From an uncultured Lachnospiraceae bacterium (GTDB lineage Bacteria > Bacillota > Clostridia > Lachnospirales > Lachnospiraceae): a DNA stretch of 64,000 nucleotides. How positions within the stretch are numbered: the stretch's first letter is position 1; the number at the start of each line of letters is the position of its first letter. A model generated the notes under the pieces. It had not been told where the DNA came from. It searched no databases and saw nothing but the letters and a program-made list of their open reading frames with translations. This document shows, in pieces, positions 45,158 to 55,643 of the stretch. The stretch is from the NCBI GenBank assembly GCA_950022375.1, contig CATLLF010000008.1:1-64000 (forward strand), written 5' to 3'. Both the position numbers and the translations under genes were made by a program.

Positions 45158-48049
45158 ATGAAAGACAAGAAAAAGAAAAGGGGAATCCGTATCATTGCGG
45201 TGGTTGTGCTCGTTGCGCTCATAGCAGTTATCCTTATCGTTTCAGGAAAAGACGGAAACATCTATGCGACATCAGCAAACTCTGAAACGATCTACGAGTC
45301 GAGCTACGAGAACTACCTGAAAAGCAATGGATACGATGGCAGAATGTCAGGACAGACAGTGGAGATTGATTTAAACCGCTACACTGCGTCCGCAGACTGC
45401 GAGGTCACAGTTGGTCTAGAAGGGATTATGACTGGGGACACGGGACAGATTACATGGGAGTTTGATGTGGCAGAAACAGGTTTTTATAACCTGGAGTTAG
45501 GATATATTGCTCTTCCGGGAACCACCTCGGATATTCAGAGAAAAATTTTGATTGACGGGGAACTTCCTTATGAAGATCTGGCGCGCGTCGTGATCAAGAG
45601 ATGGTGGTCCGATGAAGAAATTAAACTGAAAAATAAAAATGAGATCAGACCGGGAGCTTATGAAATATACCACAATACAAGCTGGTTTGTGGAGGACTAT
45701 AACAGACGCAACAATGAACCTCTGATTTTCTTCCTTACAGCGGGAAAGCATACAATCACGTTTGATGTGACAAAAGAACCGTTGGAATATACTTCGCTGC
45801 GATTTACAGCAGCGCCAGAACCAAAAACTTACGCGGAAAAAATTGCAGATCTGAAAGCACAGTATCCAGTGTATGGCGGCGAAAACATTATATGCCAGGC
45901 GGAGCGTGCGACGGAAAATACCAAAGCGATTTACAAAAGTTCCACTTCAATCAATATTCAAAAGAATTATTCCGATACGCTGTTGGAGCCGTACCATCCG
46001 TACTATATTGTGTACAATACCATCGGCGCATCAAGCTGGGCGCTGCCGGGCGAATCTATTACATGGAGGGTTGAAGTGCCAGAGGCGGGACTGTATGAGT
46101 TGACCGTCAAGGGCAGACAGAATTTAAACCGCGGTGTTACAAGCTACCGCAGGCTTTATATCAATGGGGAAGTTCCGTATAAAGAAGTGAATAGCGTCGG
46201 CTTTAATTATAGCAGTGACATGAACATGTATACAATTTCCGACGAAGCAGGTGAACCTTATCTGTTCTATTTAAACGCAGGTGAGAACACGATTACTTTG
46301 GAGGATGTAATGGGACCTATGGGCGGAATTATCAGTCAGATTGAGGAAAGTCTTTCTGTGCTGAATGAAACATACCTTTCGGTAGTTCAGCTGACGGGTC
46401 AGTCTCCAAATAAATTTATCGATTATGAAATTGCAAAAAAACTTCCGAATTTTGTTGCGAATTTAAAGAGCGAGAGCGAGAATCTTTACGCTGCGATTGA
46501 TGCGATTGTTGCGATCACAGGAGAAAAAGGTGAGAACACCAGTTTGCTTGAAAAGATGGCGATGGAGGCAGAATGGCTGGCAAAAGATCCTGAGAGCGTG
46601 ATCGAGGAATTAAATCAGTTTAAAAATAATATTTCCGCGATTGCAACCTGGCTTGTCAATGTTGCCAACATGCCGCTTGAGGTGGACAGCATCCTTTTAT
46701 CAAAACCGGACAGCAAATTGCCTGCCGCAAAGCATGGATTTTTTAAGGGTGCAGCAAACAGTGTAGTTCGGTTTTTCTCAACATTCTTCTACAGCACAAA
46801 CCAGATTACGGAGGAGGATGTATCAGGCAGCAATTCCATCAAAGTCTGGATGGCGTCGTTTGGACGTGAGCAGGCTCAGATTATCCAGAACCAGATTGAT
46901 GAGACATTTACGCCGGAACATAATATTTCTGTAAATCTTCAGCTGATTCCAGTTGACGTTGTGCTGCGTGCTGCTTTGGCAGGAAATGGACCAGATGTCG
47001 TGATTGGACTTGGACAGTCTACGCTGCAGGATTTTGCAATGCGTAACGCGGTGTCGGAGCTTTCTTCTCTGCCAGGTTATGAGGAGATCGCAGGGCGTTT
47101 TTATAAGAGCACGCTGGATTCAACAAGTTTCCAGGGCGGCGTGTACGGTATTCCAGAGCAGGCGAACTTTATGATGGTGTTTGCGAGAACAGATATTCTT
47201 GATTCTCTGGGACTTTCCATACCGCAGACATGGACAGAATTTTTGGAGATGCTCCCGGTACTTCAGAAAAACAATTACAATGCCTACATACCAAACGTAC
47301 AGCAGAATGCTGGATATATCAATCTGTATTTTTCCATGGTATTCCAGAATGGCGGCGACGCTTACGGCGGAGAGGGAAAGGATTACGGTATTGTCAGCGC
47401 GCTGGAATCCGATGCAGCGATGGAGGCATTTAAAGATTTTACTGATTTTTATACCGGCTATGGCATGGAAGTGCAGGTGGATTTTACAAACCGTTTCCGA
47501 ACAGGGGAAGTGCCAATCGGCGTGATTACCTACAATACATTTAACCAGCTTGAAATCTTTGCGCCGGAGATTAAGGGGCGCTGGACATTTGCTCCGATGC
47601 TTGGGACAAAGAAAGCGGATGGAACTATCGATCACAGTTTTGTTGTAGATACCGTAGCTACTGTAATTATGGCGCAGAGCAAAAAGCAGGAAGCAGCATG
47701 GGAGTTTGTCAAGTGGTGGACAGGAACCGACGCACAGCTTTCGTTTGCGAATTCTCTTGAAGCTTTGATGGGTACAGCGGCAAGATATTCGGCAGCAGAT
47801 CCAGAAGTATTGCGTCAGCTTCCATGGAGCAATGCAGAGCTTAGTTCCTTGCTTTCTCAGTTTGAGGCAACGATCGGTATTGAGGCGGTACCAGGAAATT
47901 ATATGACAACACGTATGGTACAGTATGCGTTTAACGATGTGGTGGCAAAAAATGCTAATCCGCGTGAGACTTTGTATTTGAATATCAAATCGATCAACGA
48001 GGAACTAACCAGGAAGCGCGAAGAACTGCACTTGAGCTACACAAAATAG
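45158..48049 (+). CDS. Membrane-anchored protein: N-terminal TM helix, two tandem CBM-like beta-sandwich domains, C-terminal family-1 solute-binding domain
   Basis: N-terminal TM IRIIAVVVLVALIAVILIV. Internal duplication (GFYNLELGYIALPGTTSDIQRKILIDGELPYEDLARV vs GLYELTVKGRQNLNRGVTSYRRLYINGEVPYKEVNSV). The C-terminal ~450 aa carry the SBP_bac_1 pattern (KVWMASFGREQAQIIQNQIDETF...AALAGNGPDVVIGLGQSTLQDFAMRNAVSELS). Confidence 0.65.
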   Translation: MKDKKKKRGIRIIAVVVLVALIAVILIVSGKDGNIYATSANSETIYESSYENYLKSNGYDGRMSGQTVEIDLNRYTASADCEVTVGLEGIMTGDTGQITWEFDVAETGFYNLELGYIALPGTTSDIQRKILIDGELPYEDLARVVIKRWWSDEEIKLKNKNEIRPGAYEIYHNTSWFVEDYNRRNNEPLIFFLTAGKHTITFDVTKEPLEYTSLRFTAAPEPKTYAEKIADLKAQYPVYGGENIICQAERATENTKAIYKSSTSINIQKNYSDTLLEPYHPYYIVYNTIGASSWALPGESITWRVEVPEAGLYELTVKGRQNLNRGVTSYRRLYINGEVPYKEVNSVGFNYSSDMNMYTISDEAGEPYLFYLNAGENTITLEDVMGPMGGIISQIEESLSVLNETYLSVVQLTGQSPNKFIDYEIAKKLPNFVANLKSESENLYAAIDAIVAITGEKGENTSLLEKMAMEAEWLAKDPESVIEELNQFKNNISAIATWLVNVANMPLEVDSILLSKPDSKLPAAKHGFFKGAANSVVRFFSTFFYSTNQITEEDVSGSNSIKVWMASFGREQAQIIQNQIDETFTPEHNISVNLQLIPVDVVLRAALAGNGPDVVIGLGQSTLQDFAMRNAVSELSSLPGYEEIAGRFYKSTLDSTSFQGGVYGIPEQANFMMVFARTDILDSLGLSIPQTWTEFLEMLPVLQKNNYNAYIPNVQQNAGYINLYFSMVFQNGGDAYGGEGKDYGIVSALESDAAMEAFKDFTDFYTGYGMEVQVDFTNRFRTGEVPIGVITYNTFNQLEIFAPEIKGRWTFAPMLGTKKADGTIDHSFVVDTVATVIMAQSKKQEAAWEFVKWWTGTDAQLSFANSLEALMGTAARYSAADPEVLRQLPWSNAELSSLLSQFEATIGIEAVPGNYMTTRMVQYAFNDVVAKNANPRETLYLNIKSINEELTRKREELHLSYTK

Positions 48050-48064
48050 GAAGGAGGGATAATT

Positions 48065-49057
48065 GTGGGAAAACAGAAAAAAACAATTTCCCCAATAGGG
48101 AAAGTTTCCGAACAGGGAGGAGCTGTTTCTGCAATGGAAGCGTCTGTGCAGGAAAAATTATCCCAGGACAGGAAATTTTCCTCCGTATGGAGAAGGCACA
48201 AATATAAATATATGATGATTGCGCCGTTTGCCATTATCTTTGTTGTTTTTACATTCCTGCCGGTGGTGATTTCGATGATACTTTCCCTCACCTCCTTCGA
48301 TATGGTGGAGGCGCCGGAATTTATCGGTTTTGCAAACTATATTAAGCTGATTGTCTACGATCCAATTTTCTTGACGGCAGTAAAAAACACGCTTGTGTTT
48401 GCGATTATCACAGGACCAGTCAGCTATATTATGTGTTTCCTTTTCGCGTGGGTTGTCAACGATCTTCCGCGCATTCCGCGCGCAATTATGACGCTTGTAT
48501 TTTATGCGCCGTCCATTTCAGGTAATGCATACTTGGTATGGAAACTCTTATTTTCATCAGATACTTACGGATGGGCAAACGCCTGGATGATGAAACTGGG
48601 ACTTACAAGCGAGGCAATTTTGTGGCTGCAGACAGAAGGTTATATTATGCCGATCCTGATTGTTGTGCAGCTGTGGTTAAGCCTTGGTATCAGCTTTTTG
48701 ACCTTTATCGCAGGTTTGCAGAATATGGATCAGTCACTCTATGAGGCGGCTGCGGTTGAAGGTATTAAAAACCGTTGGCAGGAACTTTGGTATATCACTC
48801 TGCCATGTATGAAGCCACAGTTGATGTTTGGTGCGGTTATGCAGATTACAAGTTCTCTGTCTGTGTCGCAGCTCTCCATCGACCTTGTCGGTTTTCCGTC
48901 ACCAAATTACGCCGGGCATACGATTTTGACGCATTTGCATGACTTTGGTAATATCCGCTACGAATTGGGATATGCATGTACGATTGCAGTAATTTTGTTC
49001 TGTATTATGTTGATCTGCAACGTGCTTGTACAGAAGCTGTTAAGAAAACTTGGATAG
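48065..49057 (+). CDS. Carbohydrate ABC transporter permease (MalF/UgpA-type)
   Basis: 6-TM profile with the EAA-loop region (SLYEAAAVEGIKNRWQELWYITLP). GTG start at 48065 directly after GGAAGGAGGG. Confidence 0.8.
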   Translation: MGKQKKTISPIGKVSEQGGAVSAMEASVQEKLSQDRKFSSVWRRHKYKYMMIAPFAIIFVVFTFLPVVISMILSLTSFDMVEAPEFIGFANYIKLIVYDPIFLTAVKNTLVFAIITGPVSYIMCFLFAWVVNDLPRIPRAIMTLVFYAPSISGNAYLVWKLLFSSDTYGWANAWMMKLGLTSEAILWLQTEGYIMPILIVVQLWLSLGISFLTFIAGLQNMDQSLYEAAAVEGIKNRWQELWYITLPCMKPQLMFGAVMQITSSLSVSQLSIDLVGFPSPNYAGHTILTHLHDFGNIRYELGYACTIAVILFCIMLICNVLVQKLLRKLG

Positions 49058-49066
49058 GAGGCCGCT

Positions 49067-49954
49067 ATGAAATTATTTCGATTTATTAAAAAGAAGCTGG
49101 TGAGCCGGAAATTCAAGCGGAGAAACCGGAGCGTCGGCGGAGATGCTGCCCTTATCATTATTCTTGGAATTTTCGGCATCTTCAGTCTTTTCCCGCTGCT
49201 GTATACGATAACAAGTGCATTTAAACCGTTCAGCGAAATTTTTATCTTTCCGCCGCGGCTGATGGTCGATAACCCGACCACAGACAACTTTGTCGATCTT
49301 GCGACAATTATTGAGAGTTTTGCAATTCCATTTTCGCGGTATGCGTTCAACACTCTGTTGATCACGGGAATCGGTACATTCGGAACAGTGCTGCTCGGTT
49401 CCATGGCGGCGTTTCCGATTGCAAAATATAAATTTCCAGGTTCGGAATTTATGAGCAATTTGATTGTCTATGCACTTATGTTTTCTGCCTCGGTAACTGC
49501 GATTCCAAACTATCTGATTATGAGCGCGCTGCACTTGATTGATAGCTACTGGGCTGTAATTCTCCCGGCAGTCGGCGGTACTCTTGGTCTTTACCTGATG
49601 AAAAACTTTATGGTGCAGGTGCCGGACGCAATGATTGAGGCGGCGAAGATTGACGGCGCGACAGAATTTCAGACTTATTGGAAGGTTGTTATGCCGCTGT
49701 GTAAGCCAGCATGGATTACACTGATTATTTTCTCATTCCAGCAGATGTGGGGGACGACAGGCGGTATCTTTATCTATTCTGAGGAGTTAAAACCGTTGAG
49801 TTACGTACTCTCGCAGCTGGTCAGCGGCGGTATTGCAAGAACCGGCGTCGCATCCGCAGTATCTTTGGTTATGCTTGTTGTTCCAGTCGGCGTGTTTGTA
49901 GTATCCCAGAGCAATGTCATTGAGACGATGTCCACATCGGGAATAAAAGGGTAG
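49067..49954 (+). CDS. Carbohydrate ABC transporter permease (MalG/UgpE-type)
   Basis: EAAKIDGATEFQTYWKVVMPLCKPA EAA motif; 6 TM. Confidence 0.85.
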   Translation: MKLFRFIKKKLVSRKFKRRNRSVGGDAALIIILGIFGIFSLFPLLYTITSAFKPFSEIFIFPPRLMVDNPTTDNFVDLATIIESFAIPFSRYAFNTLLITGIGTFGTVLLGSMAAFPIAKYKFPGSEFMSNLIVYALMFSASVTAIPNYLIMSALHLIDSYWAVILPAVGGTLGLYLMKNFMVQVPDAMIEAAKIDGATEFQTYWKVVMPLCKPAWITLIIFSFQQMWGTTGGIFIYSEELKPLSYVLSQLVSGGIARTGVASAVSLVMLVVPVGVFVVSQSNVIETMSTSGIKG

Positions 49955-49964
49955 GTGATACAGC

Positions 49965-51446
49965 ATGAATAAAAAAATAAAACGAATCCTCGGTATTACC
50001 TTTGTATTCATTCTGCTCGCGCTGCCAGTAAGAGCTTTGGCGTCGGATGGCAGCAGCTATGTCTATGACGGCTATACATATGATTTTTGGGCAAATGTGA
50101 AAGAAAGTCCAGCAGCATTTCAGCTGGAGCGCACGATCAGCCAGGAGAACCTTGGCGGCGCAAAACTCGGAAGCGTGGACGATGTATGCACAAGCAAGGA
50201 CGGCAGAATTTTTCTTGTGGATGCTACAGAAAGCAGAGTTTTTGCACTGGATTCCAACGGAGAGCTGCTTGCGAATCTAAAGCTGATCCGCAATGCGGAT
50301 AATAAAATTGCACTGGATGAGAACGGCAATCAGATTATGCTGACTTCTCCAGAGGGAGTGTTCGTCCATGAGAAAAACCGCGAGCTGTATATCGCAGATA
50401 CCGGCGCGGCGCGTATTCTGGTGCTTGATCTTGACAACTATTCTTTAAAGCGCGTGATCAAACAGCCGGACAATCTGACCGGCGCAGCGCAGTTTAAGCC
50501 GTCAAAGCTTGCTGTTGACTTGGCGGATCGTATTTATGTCATTGTTCAGTCCAGCTATGAAGGAATTATTGAGCTGACGGCGGACGGAAGTTTCTCCGGG
50601 TATTACGGCGTCAATACGCCGCGGGTGAGCTTGATTGATTATTTCTGGAAGTCGCTGGCGAGCGACGAGCAGAAGGAGCAGATGTCAAAAACTTATGCGC
50701 CGGCATTTAACAATATCACGTTGGACGGCGAAGGGTTTATTATGGCGGTTACTTATGATTCTTCTGCGGCAGATATGGTGTTCCGTCTAAATTCAAAGGG
50801 CGGAAACGTACTGCGCGAGGAAGGAAATACTCCTGTTACCGGCGAGCTTTGGAGCATCCACAGCGACGATAACGGAAGCCGTTTTGTCGATATCGCAGTG
50901 ACGGATTACGGCACTTACGCGCTGATTGACCGCAGCCATGGAAGAATATTTCTCTACAATTTCGACGGCGAGCTGCTCAATGTATTCGGAACACTCGGAA
51001 ATCTTAAGGGAGAGTTTAAAGATCCATCCGGTATTGCCTGGCTTGGCGATAAGCTTGTCGTGAGTGATAAAACTTTAAAATGTGCCTATATTATGGCTCC
51101 GACAAAGTTTGGTCAGGCGGTGCTTGACGGAAACCGCTGCTATTACAACGGAAGATGGGACGACGCTCTTGTGCATTTTGAGAAAGCGATTAACTTGAAT
51201 GTAAATTACGATGTGGCGTACAGCGGTATCGGGAAAAACTACCTGATGAAGAGCGAGTACAAAAAAGCGATGGAGTATTTCAAACTTGGTCAGAACCGGA
51301 ATTTCTATTCGAAAGCTTACAATGGTTACCGCAGTGAGATGCTTGAAAAATATTTTCCGGTGATTATGATTATTTTTATCCTTTTGATTGGCTGGATGAT
51401 CTTTACAGAAGTCCGCTACCATAAGAAAGGGGGGAAGAAGAATTGA
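49965..51446 (+). CDS. Secreted beta-propeller (NHL-like) plus TPR protein with C-terminal TM anchor
   Basis: Signal peptide. Repeated beta-strand blocks (RIFLVDATESRVFALD, ELYIADTGAARILVLD, RIYVIVQSS). C-terminal TPR-like helices and a final hydrophobic helix. Confidence 0.4.
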   Translation: MNKKIKRILGITFVFILLALPVRALASDGSSYVYDGYTYDFWANVKESPAAFQLERTISQENLGGAKLGSVDDVCTSKDGRIFLVDATESRVFALDSNGELLANLKLIRNADNKIALDENGNQIMLTSPEGVFVHEKNRELYIADTGAARILVLDLDNYSLKRVIKQPDNLTGAAQFKPSKLAVDLADRIYVIVQSSYEGIIELTADGSFSGYYGVNTPRVSLIDYFWKSLASDEQKEQMSKTYAPAFNNITLDGEGFIMAVTYDSSAADMVFRLNSKGGNVLREEGNTPVTGELWSIHSDDNGSRFVDIAVTDYGTYALIDRSHGRIFLYNFDGELLNVFGTLGNLKGEFKDPSGIAWLGDKLVVSDKTLKCAYIMAPTKFGQAVLDGNRCYYNGRWDDALVHFEKAINLNVNYDVAYSGIGKNYLMKSEYKKAMEYFKLGQNRNFYSKAYNGYRSEMLEKYFPVIMIIFILLIGWMIFTEVRYHKKGGKKN

Positions 51447-52072
51447 AAGCAGAGCTGAGTGAGAAACTTTATTATCTGAAATGCTCGATTTTCCATCCCT
51501 TTGACGGATTTTATGAGATTCGTTTCCGTGGGAGAGGCAGCGCACTGTTAGCGATATTGCTTTTGATGATTTTTGGCATCCTGCGCTGTGTTGAGTATCA
51601 ATATACCGGCTTTATTATGAATACAAATGAGCTGGAAACAATGAACAGCCTCTCGATCTTTTCGACCACCGTGCTTGTGCTTGTGCTTTTTGCCGTCAGC
51701 AACTGGACGGTGACAACACTGTTGAACGGCAGCGGCAATCTGCCTGCAATTATTACGGTGCTTGGCTATTCGCTGGTTCCATATATGGTCGGTGTTATTA
51801 TCAAGATTTTTGCAAGTAATTTTATTATTCTCGAAGAAGCAATGATTTTAAATGTTATTGTTTCTCTCGGTCTGGTATGGTCGATCTTTATGCTGGTAGC
51901 AGGGCTTTTGACGATTCATGAATACACGTTCGGCAAAAATGCAGCAGCGATTTTTCTAACCTTTATCGCGGCGATTATTATTGTATTTATCGGAATGCTT
52001 TTCTTTACGCTGATCGAGCAGATGATCTCGTTTATTGTCTCCGTCGCGCAGGAAATGATCCGAAGAATGTAG
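51443..52072 (+). CDS. Yip1-like multi-pass membrane protein
   Basis: 209 aa, 5 predicted TM helices, DGFYEIRFRGRGS N-terminal motif. Overlaps the upstream gene by 4 nt. Confidence 0.35.
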   Translation: MKAELSEKLYYLKCSIFHPFDGFYEIRFRGRGSALLAILLLMIFGILRCVEYQYTGFIMNTNELETMNSLSIFSTTVLVLVLFAVSNWTVTTLLNGSGNLPAIITVLGYSLVPYMVGVIIKIFASNFIILEEAMILNVIVSLGLVWSIFMLVAGLLTIHEYTFGKNAAAIFLTFIAAIIIVFIGMLFFTLIEQMISFIVSVAQEMIRRM

Positions 52073-52088
52073 AAGGGAGGCGCCAACA

Positions 52089-54737
52089 ATGAATTTTTTA
52101 AAAAACTTAGAAGGAAATAAAATGGTTCAAGCGATCCGGCGCTTCTACTCCAAACATATAATCCGCAAACTGTTTCTTACAATTTTGTGTGTTGCGCTGG
52201 TGATTGGCATAATCTGCATGATTCCGGTGCTGTTTGTCAAAAAAGAAAAGCTTCCAGATGTGAAAAGCAAACCGCTCTCCGAATCACTTGGCGAGATTGC
52301 AAAGGAAGAAGGACGTATTCTGATTGCGGAAAACGGAGGAAAAGAATTATATTTTTCCACCGAGACCATGATTTTGGAACTGGTGGATAAGGCGACAGGA
52401 ACAACCCTTACTTCCGGGGTTGCAAGCGCGGAGGAAGGCAGTGAAAAGGCATTGCTTTCCGTGCAGTATTTGGGGGAGGACAACAATTTAGGCGAGTGGA
52501 ATTCTTATGACAACAGCGTGGCGCTCGGTTCTTACAATATGCAGCGCATACAGGACGGCATACGCATTTTCATGAATTTCAACGAGGGAGAATCACAGCG
52601 TTTTTATGAGTACTGTCCAAAGAAAATGTCCATTGAGCGGTATGAGGAATTTTTTGTCGGCGGACTTACAAAGGCGCAGGAAGCAGGAACAATCACCTCC
52701 ATACAAAAGCAGAGATACATAATGACACTTGGTCTTGTGTATGCCAGAAGTATTATGGAAGAGTGTTATGCAGTGACTTACACCGGCACGCCGCCAGTCA
52801 GTGCTGTAAAACAGATGCTTGAGATTGTAAAGGTGGTTGGATATACGCAGGATATGTTGATGGAGGATGCGGACCAGTTTGGCTTTACTGTAACTTTTAC
52901 AGAGCCGGCAAATTTTGATATCACAGTCGAGGTTACATTGCAGGACGGCGAGCTTGTTGTGAGAATGCCAGCAGGGGCGATGGTATCAAACAATGATTTC
53001 TACAGCATCCAGAATGTAAAATTTTTGCCGAACTTTGGCGCGGCAGCAGCGGCAGATTATGCGGACGGCTATATTTTTGTGCCGGACGGCGCAGGTGCTC
53101 TGTTTGCGTTTAACAGCAATCAGCCGAGCATTAAGGATTATGAGCGGCCAGTGTACGACAATGATTTTTACAAAGATTATTTCTTTATGCCGGAGTACGG
53201 CGAAGAATTGATGATGCCGATTTATGGTATGCTCTACGGACCGCAGGACAACACCGAGAAAGGTTTTTTGGCGATTATTGAATCGGGTGCATACAATTCT
53301 TATATCAATGTAAAGCTTGCCGGGACAGCGGAAGGAAGTTACAAATACAATAAAACTTATGCATCTTTTGATATCAACCAGTTTCAGAGGGTAAAGATCA
53401 ACGGTGCATACAGTACAAATTCCGCAAATTATCTGGTTCAGACAGGTATGCAGGATATTGACTGTACGGTGCGCTATCAGATGTACGGCAGTCAGGTTAC
53501 GTATTTTGATATGGCGAAAGACTATCAGACGTACCTCGCTGATCGGTATGGTATGCAGGTGGAATACGACGATGGAGCGGCAAGTCTTTACCTGGAATTT
53601 ATCGGGGCAGTTTCTTTGCAGAAGCGTTTTGTCGGTATCCCGTACAATTCGGTTTATTCCATGACAAGCTACAAGGATTTGAAAAAGATTATGGATGACC
53701 TTGAGGGCGTAAATTACCAAGTACAGTACGACGGAGCGTTCAACGGCGGAATGGACGGAAAGATGAACGCAAAAGCGTCCTTGACCGGTGCGAACGGCAG
53801 CAAAAAAGAGCTGAAGTCGCTGATGGATTACGCACAGCAAAAAGGATTTGATTTCTACCTTGCAGTGGCTCTCTCAAATGTGTCAGAAGGCGGAAACGGT
53901 TTTATGGCAGGCAATCATGCTGCCAGAAATTTTGGCAACGATGAAGTGATAATGTACCGCTATATGCCGGCAGTCGGAATTTTAAGCGGCGAGATGTACG
54001 GCGGCGTTACTCATAATGGGCATTATATTATTTCACCGGCTTATTTAAGTTATGTAACAGATAAGTTTTTAAAGAAATCGGATGATTACGGAAAGTTGGC
54101 TGTTACAGATCTTGCTGGAATGTACTATGCAGATTATCGTTTTAATGAAATGATAACCGGAGAGGAAGGCGCGGCGGTAATTCAGGAAAATTTAAAGAAG
54201 CTTTCTGACCGTCAGCTTGCTCTTGAAAATCCGTTTATTGACAACATCAGTTATGGAAGCATTGCGGTTGATGTCTCAAAGGAGAGCAGTGATTACGCAA
54301 CATTTCTGTATACTATTCCATTCCGTCAGCTTGTGATGAACGGTCTTGTGGACTATACGACAGAAAATGTCAATATCTCTTCAAAGAATGCGGCATATTT
54401 TGTTTTGCAGGCGGCGGAACTTGGTTCTTATCCGAAATATATCCTGACTTCGGAGTCTGTGACAAAATTAAAGTATACAGATTATCATTATCTGTACTCT
54501 TCACAGTACGATCTTTTAAAGAACGATATCAAATCGATGTATGCAGAAATTGAAGATATCCGCAGTCAGATTGGAACAAACGAGATTGCAGGACATACAT
54601 GTCTGGCAAAGAACGTTTATAAGACAACTTATGCAAATGGAGTGGAGGTTATCGTCAATTATAATCTTCACAGCGTGGAACTTGAGGACGGCGCGACGCT
54701 TGATGCTGAGAGTTATCTGATTCGGGGGGTGAAATAA
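52089..54737 (+). CDS. Large membrane-anchored extracellular protein of unknown function (possible glycan-binding or glycoside-hydrolase-like component)
   Basis: 882 aa; N-terminal TM LFLTILCVALVIGIICMIPVLFV. No recognisable catalytic motif. Precedes the second permease pair. Confidence 0.4.
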   Translation: MNFLKNLEGNKMVQAIRRFYSKHIIRKLFLTILCVALVIGIICMIPVLFVKKEKLPDVKSKPLSESLGEIAKEEGRILIAENGGKELYFSTETMILELVDKATGTTLTSGVASAEEGSEKALLSVQYLGEDNNLGEWNSYDNSVALGSYNMQRIQDGIRIFMNFNEGESQRFYEYCPKKMSIERYEEFFVGGLTKAQEAGTITSIQKQRYIMTLGLVYARSIMEECYAVTYTGTPPVSAVKQMLEIVKVVGYTQDMLMEDADQFGFTVTFTEPANFDITVEVTLQDGELVVRMPAGAMVSNNDFYSIQNVKFLPNFGAAAAADYADGYIFVPDGAGALFAFNSNQPSIKDYERPVYDNDFYKDYFFMPEYGEELMMPIYGMLYGPQDNTEKGFLAIIESGAYNSYINVKLAGTAEGSYKYNKTYASFDINQFQRVKINGAYSTNSANYLVQTGMQDIDCTVRYQMYGSQVTYFDMAKDYQTYLADRYGMQVEYDDGAASLYLEFIGAVSLQKRFVGIPYNSVYSMTSYKDLKKIMDDLEGVNYQVQYDGAFNGGMDGKMNAKASLTGANGSKKELKSLMDYAQQKGFDFYLAVALSNVSEGGNGFMAGNHAARNFGNDEVIMYRYMPAVGILSGEMYGGVTHNGHYIISPAYLSYVTDKFLKKSDDYGKLAVTDLAGMYYADYRFNEMITGEEGAAVIQENLKKLSDRQLALENPFIDNISYGSIAVDVSKESSDYATFLYTIPFRQLVMNGLVDYTTENVNISSKNAAYFVLQAAELGSYPKYILTSESVTKLKYTDYHYLYSSQYDLLKNDIKSMYAEIEDIRSQIGTNEIAGHTCLAKNVYKTTYANGVEVIVNYNLHSVELEDGATLDAESYLIRGVK

Positions 54738-55643
54738 ATGAAGAACAAAAAGAAACTGCCTTATCAGGTAAAAAAGAAAATTAACGGGTTGATTTTCGTA
54801 GCGCCGTTTCTGATTGGTTTTATAGCGTTTTTCCTGATACCGATTATCAATACCGTATATTACTCTTTTAATAAGGTAGGCGTCGGGGAAAGCGGCGGTA
54901 TGACATTCTCCTGGAATGGAATACAAAACTACATCGATCTGTTTAAAACAGAAGTAACAACAACCTCCACGACAATGATGCGGTTGTTTGCCGAACAGAA
55001 CCAGAATCTTTTGATCAGCGTGCCATTGATTGTTGTGTTCAGCTTGTTTATGGCGCTGCTTGCAAATCAAAAATTTAAAGGGCGTGCGGTTGTGCGGTTG
55101 ATTTTCTTCCTGCCGATTATTCTTGGAATTGAGGTTGTCACTTCAATGCTTGCTATGACAACAGGAACAGAAAGTCTGGATACAGGCAGCCAGCTGGTGT
55201 CCGGCAGCTATATTACCATATTCCTTGTGCGCATTTTAAATGTTCCGATGCGGGTGCTTTATCCGATTATCAGTTACATTGAAAATATTTTTACATTGAT
55301 CTCGCAGGCAGGTGTTCAGACGCTTGTGTATTTGACAGCACTTCAGTCCATCAGCCCAAGCCTTTACGAAGTGGCGAAGATGGAGGGTGCGACCGCTTAC
55401 GAGACATTCTGGAAGGTTACGATTCCTTCCATTATGCATATCACATTGTTTGTGATTGTATACACGATTGTGCAGCTGTTTATTGAGTCGCCAGTGGCGG
55501 AGGAAGTGTATGCGTTTGCGTTCCGCCAAAACAAAATCGGTATCAGCTCCGCGCTGTCGGTTGTCTATATTTTTAACGTGCTGATCGTGCTTGGCGTTGT
55601 TATGCTGCTGCTGCGAAAGGTGGTGAAGAAGAATGAAAAATAA
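54738..55643 (+). CDS. Carbohydrate ABC transporter permease (MalF/UgpA-type), second set
   Basis: SLYEVAKMEGATAYETFWKVTIPSIMHI EAA region; 6 TM. Confidence 0.8.
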   Translation: MKNKKKLPYQVKKKINGLIFVAPFLIGFIAFFLIPIINTVYYSFNKVGVGESGGMTFSWNGIQNYIDLFKTEVTTTSTTMMRLFAEQNQNLLISVPLIVVFSLFMALLANQKFKGRAVVRLIFFLPIILGIEVVTSMLAMTTGTESLDTGSQLVSGSYITIFLVRILNVPMRVLYPIISYIENIFTLISQAGVQTLVYLTALQSISPSLYEVAKMEGATAYETFWKVTIPSIMHITLFVIVYTIVQLFIESPVAEEVYAFAFRQNKIGISSALSVVYIFNVLIVLGVVMLLLRKVVKKNEK

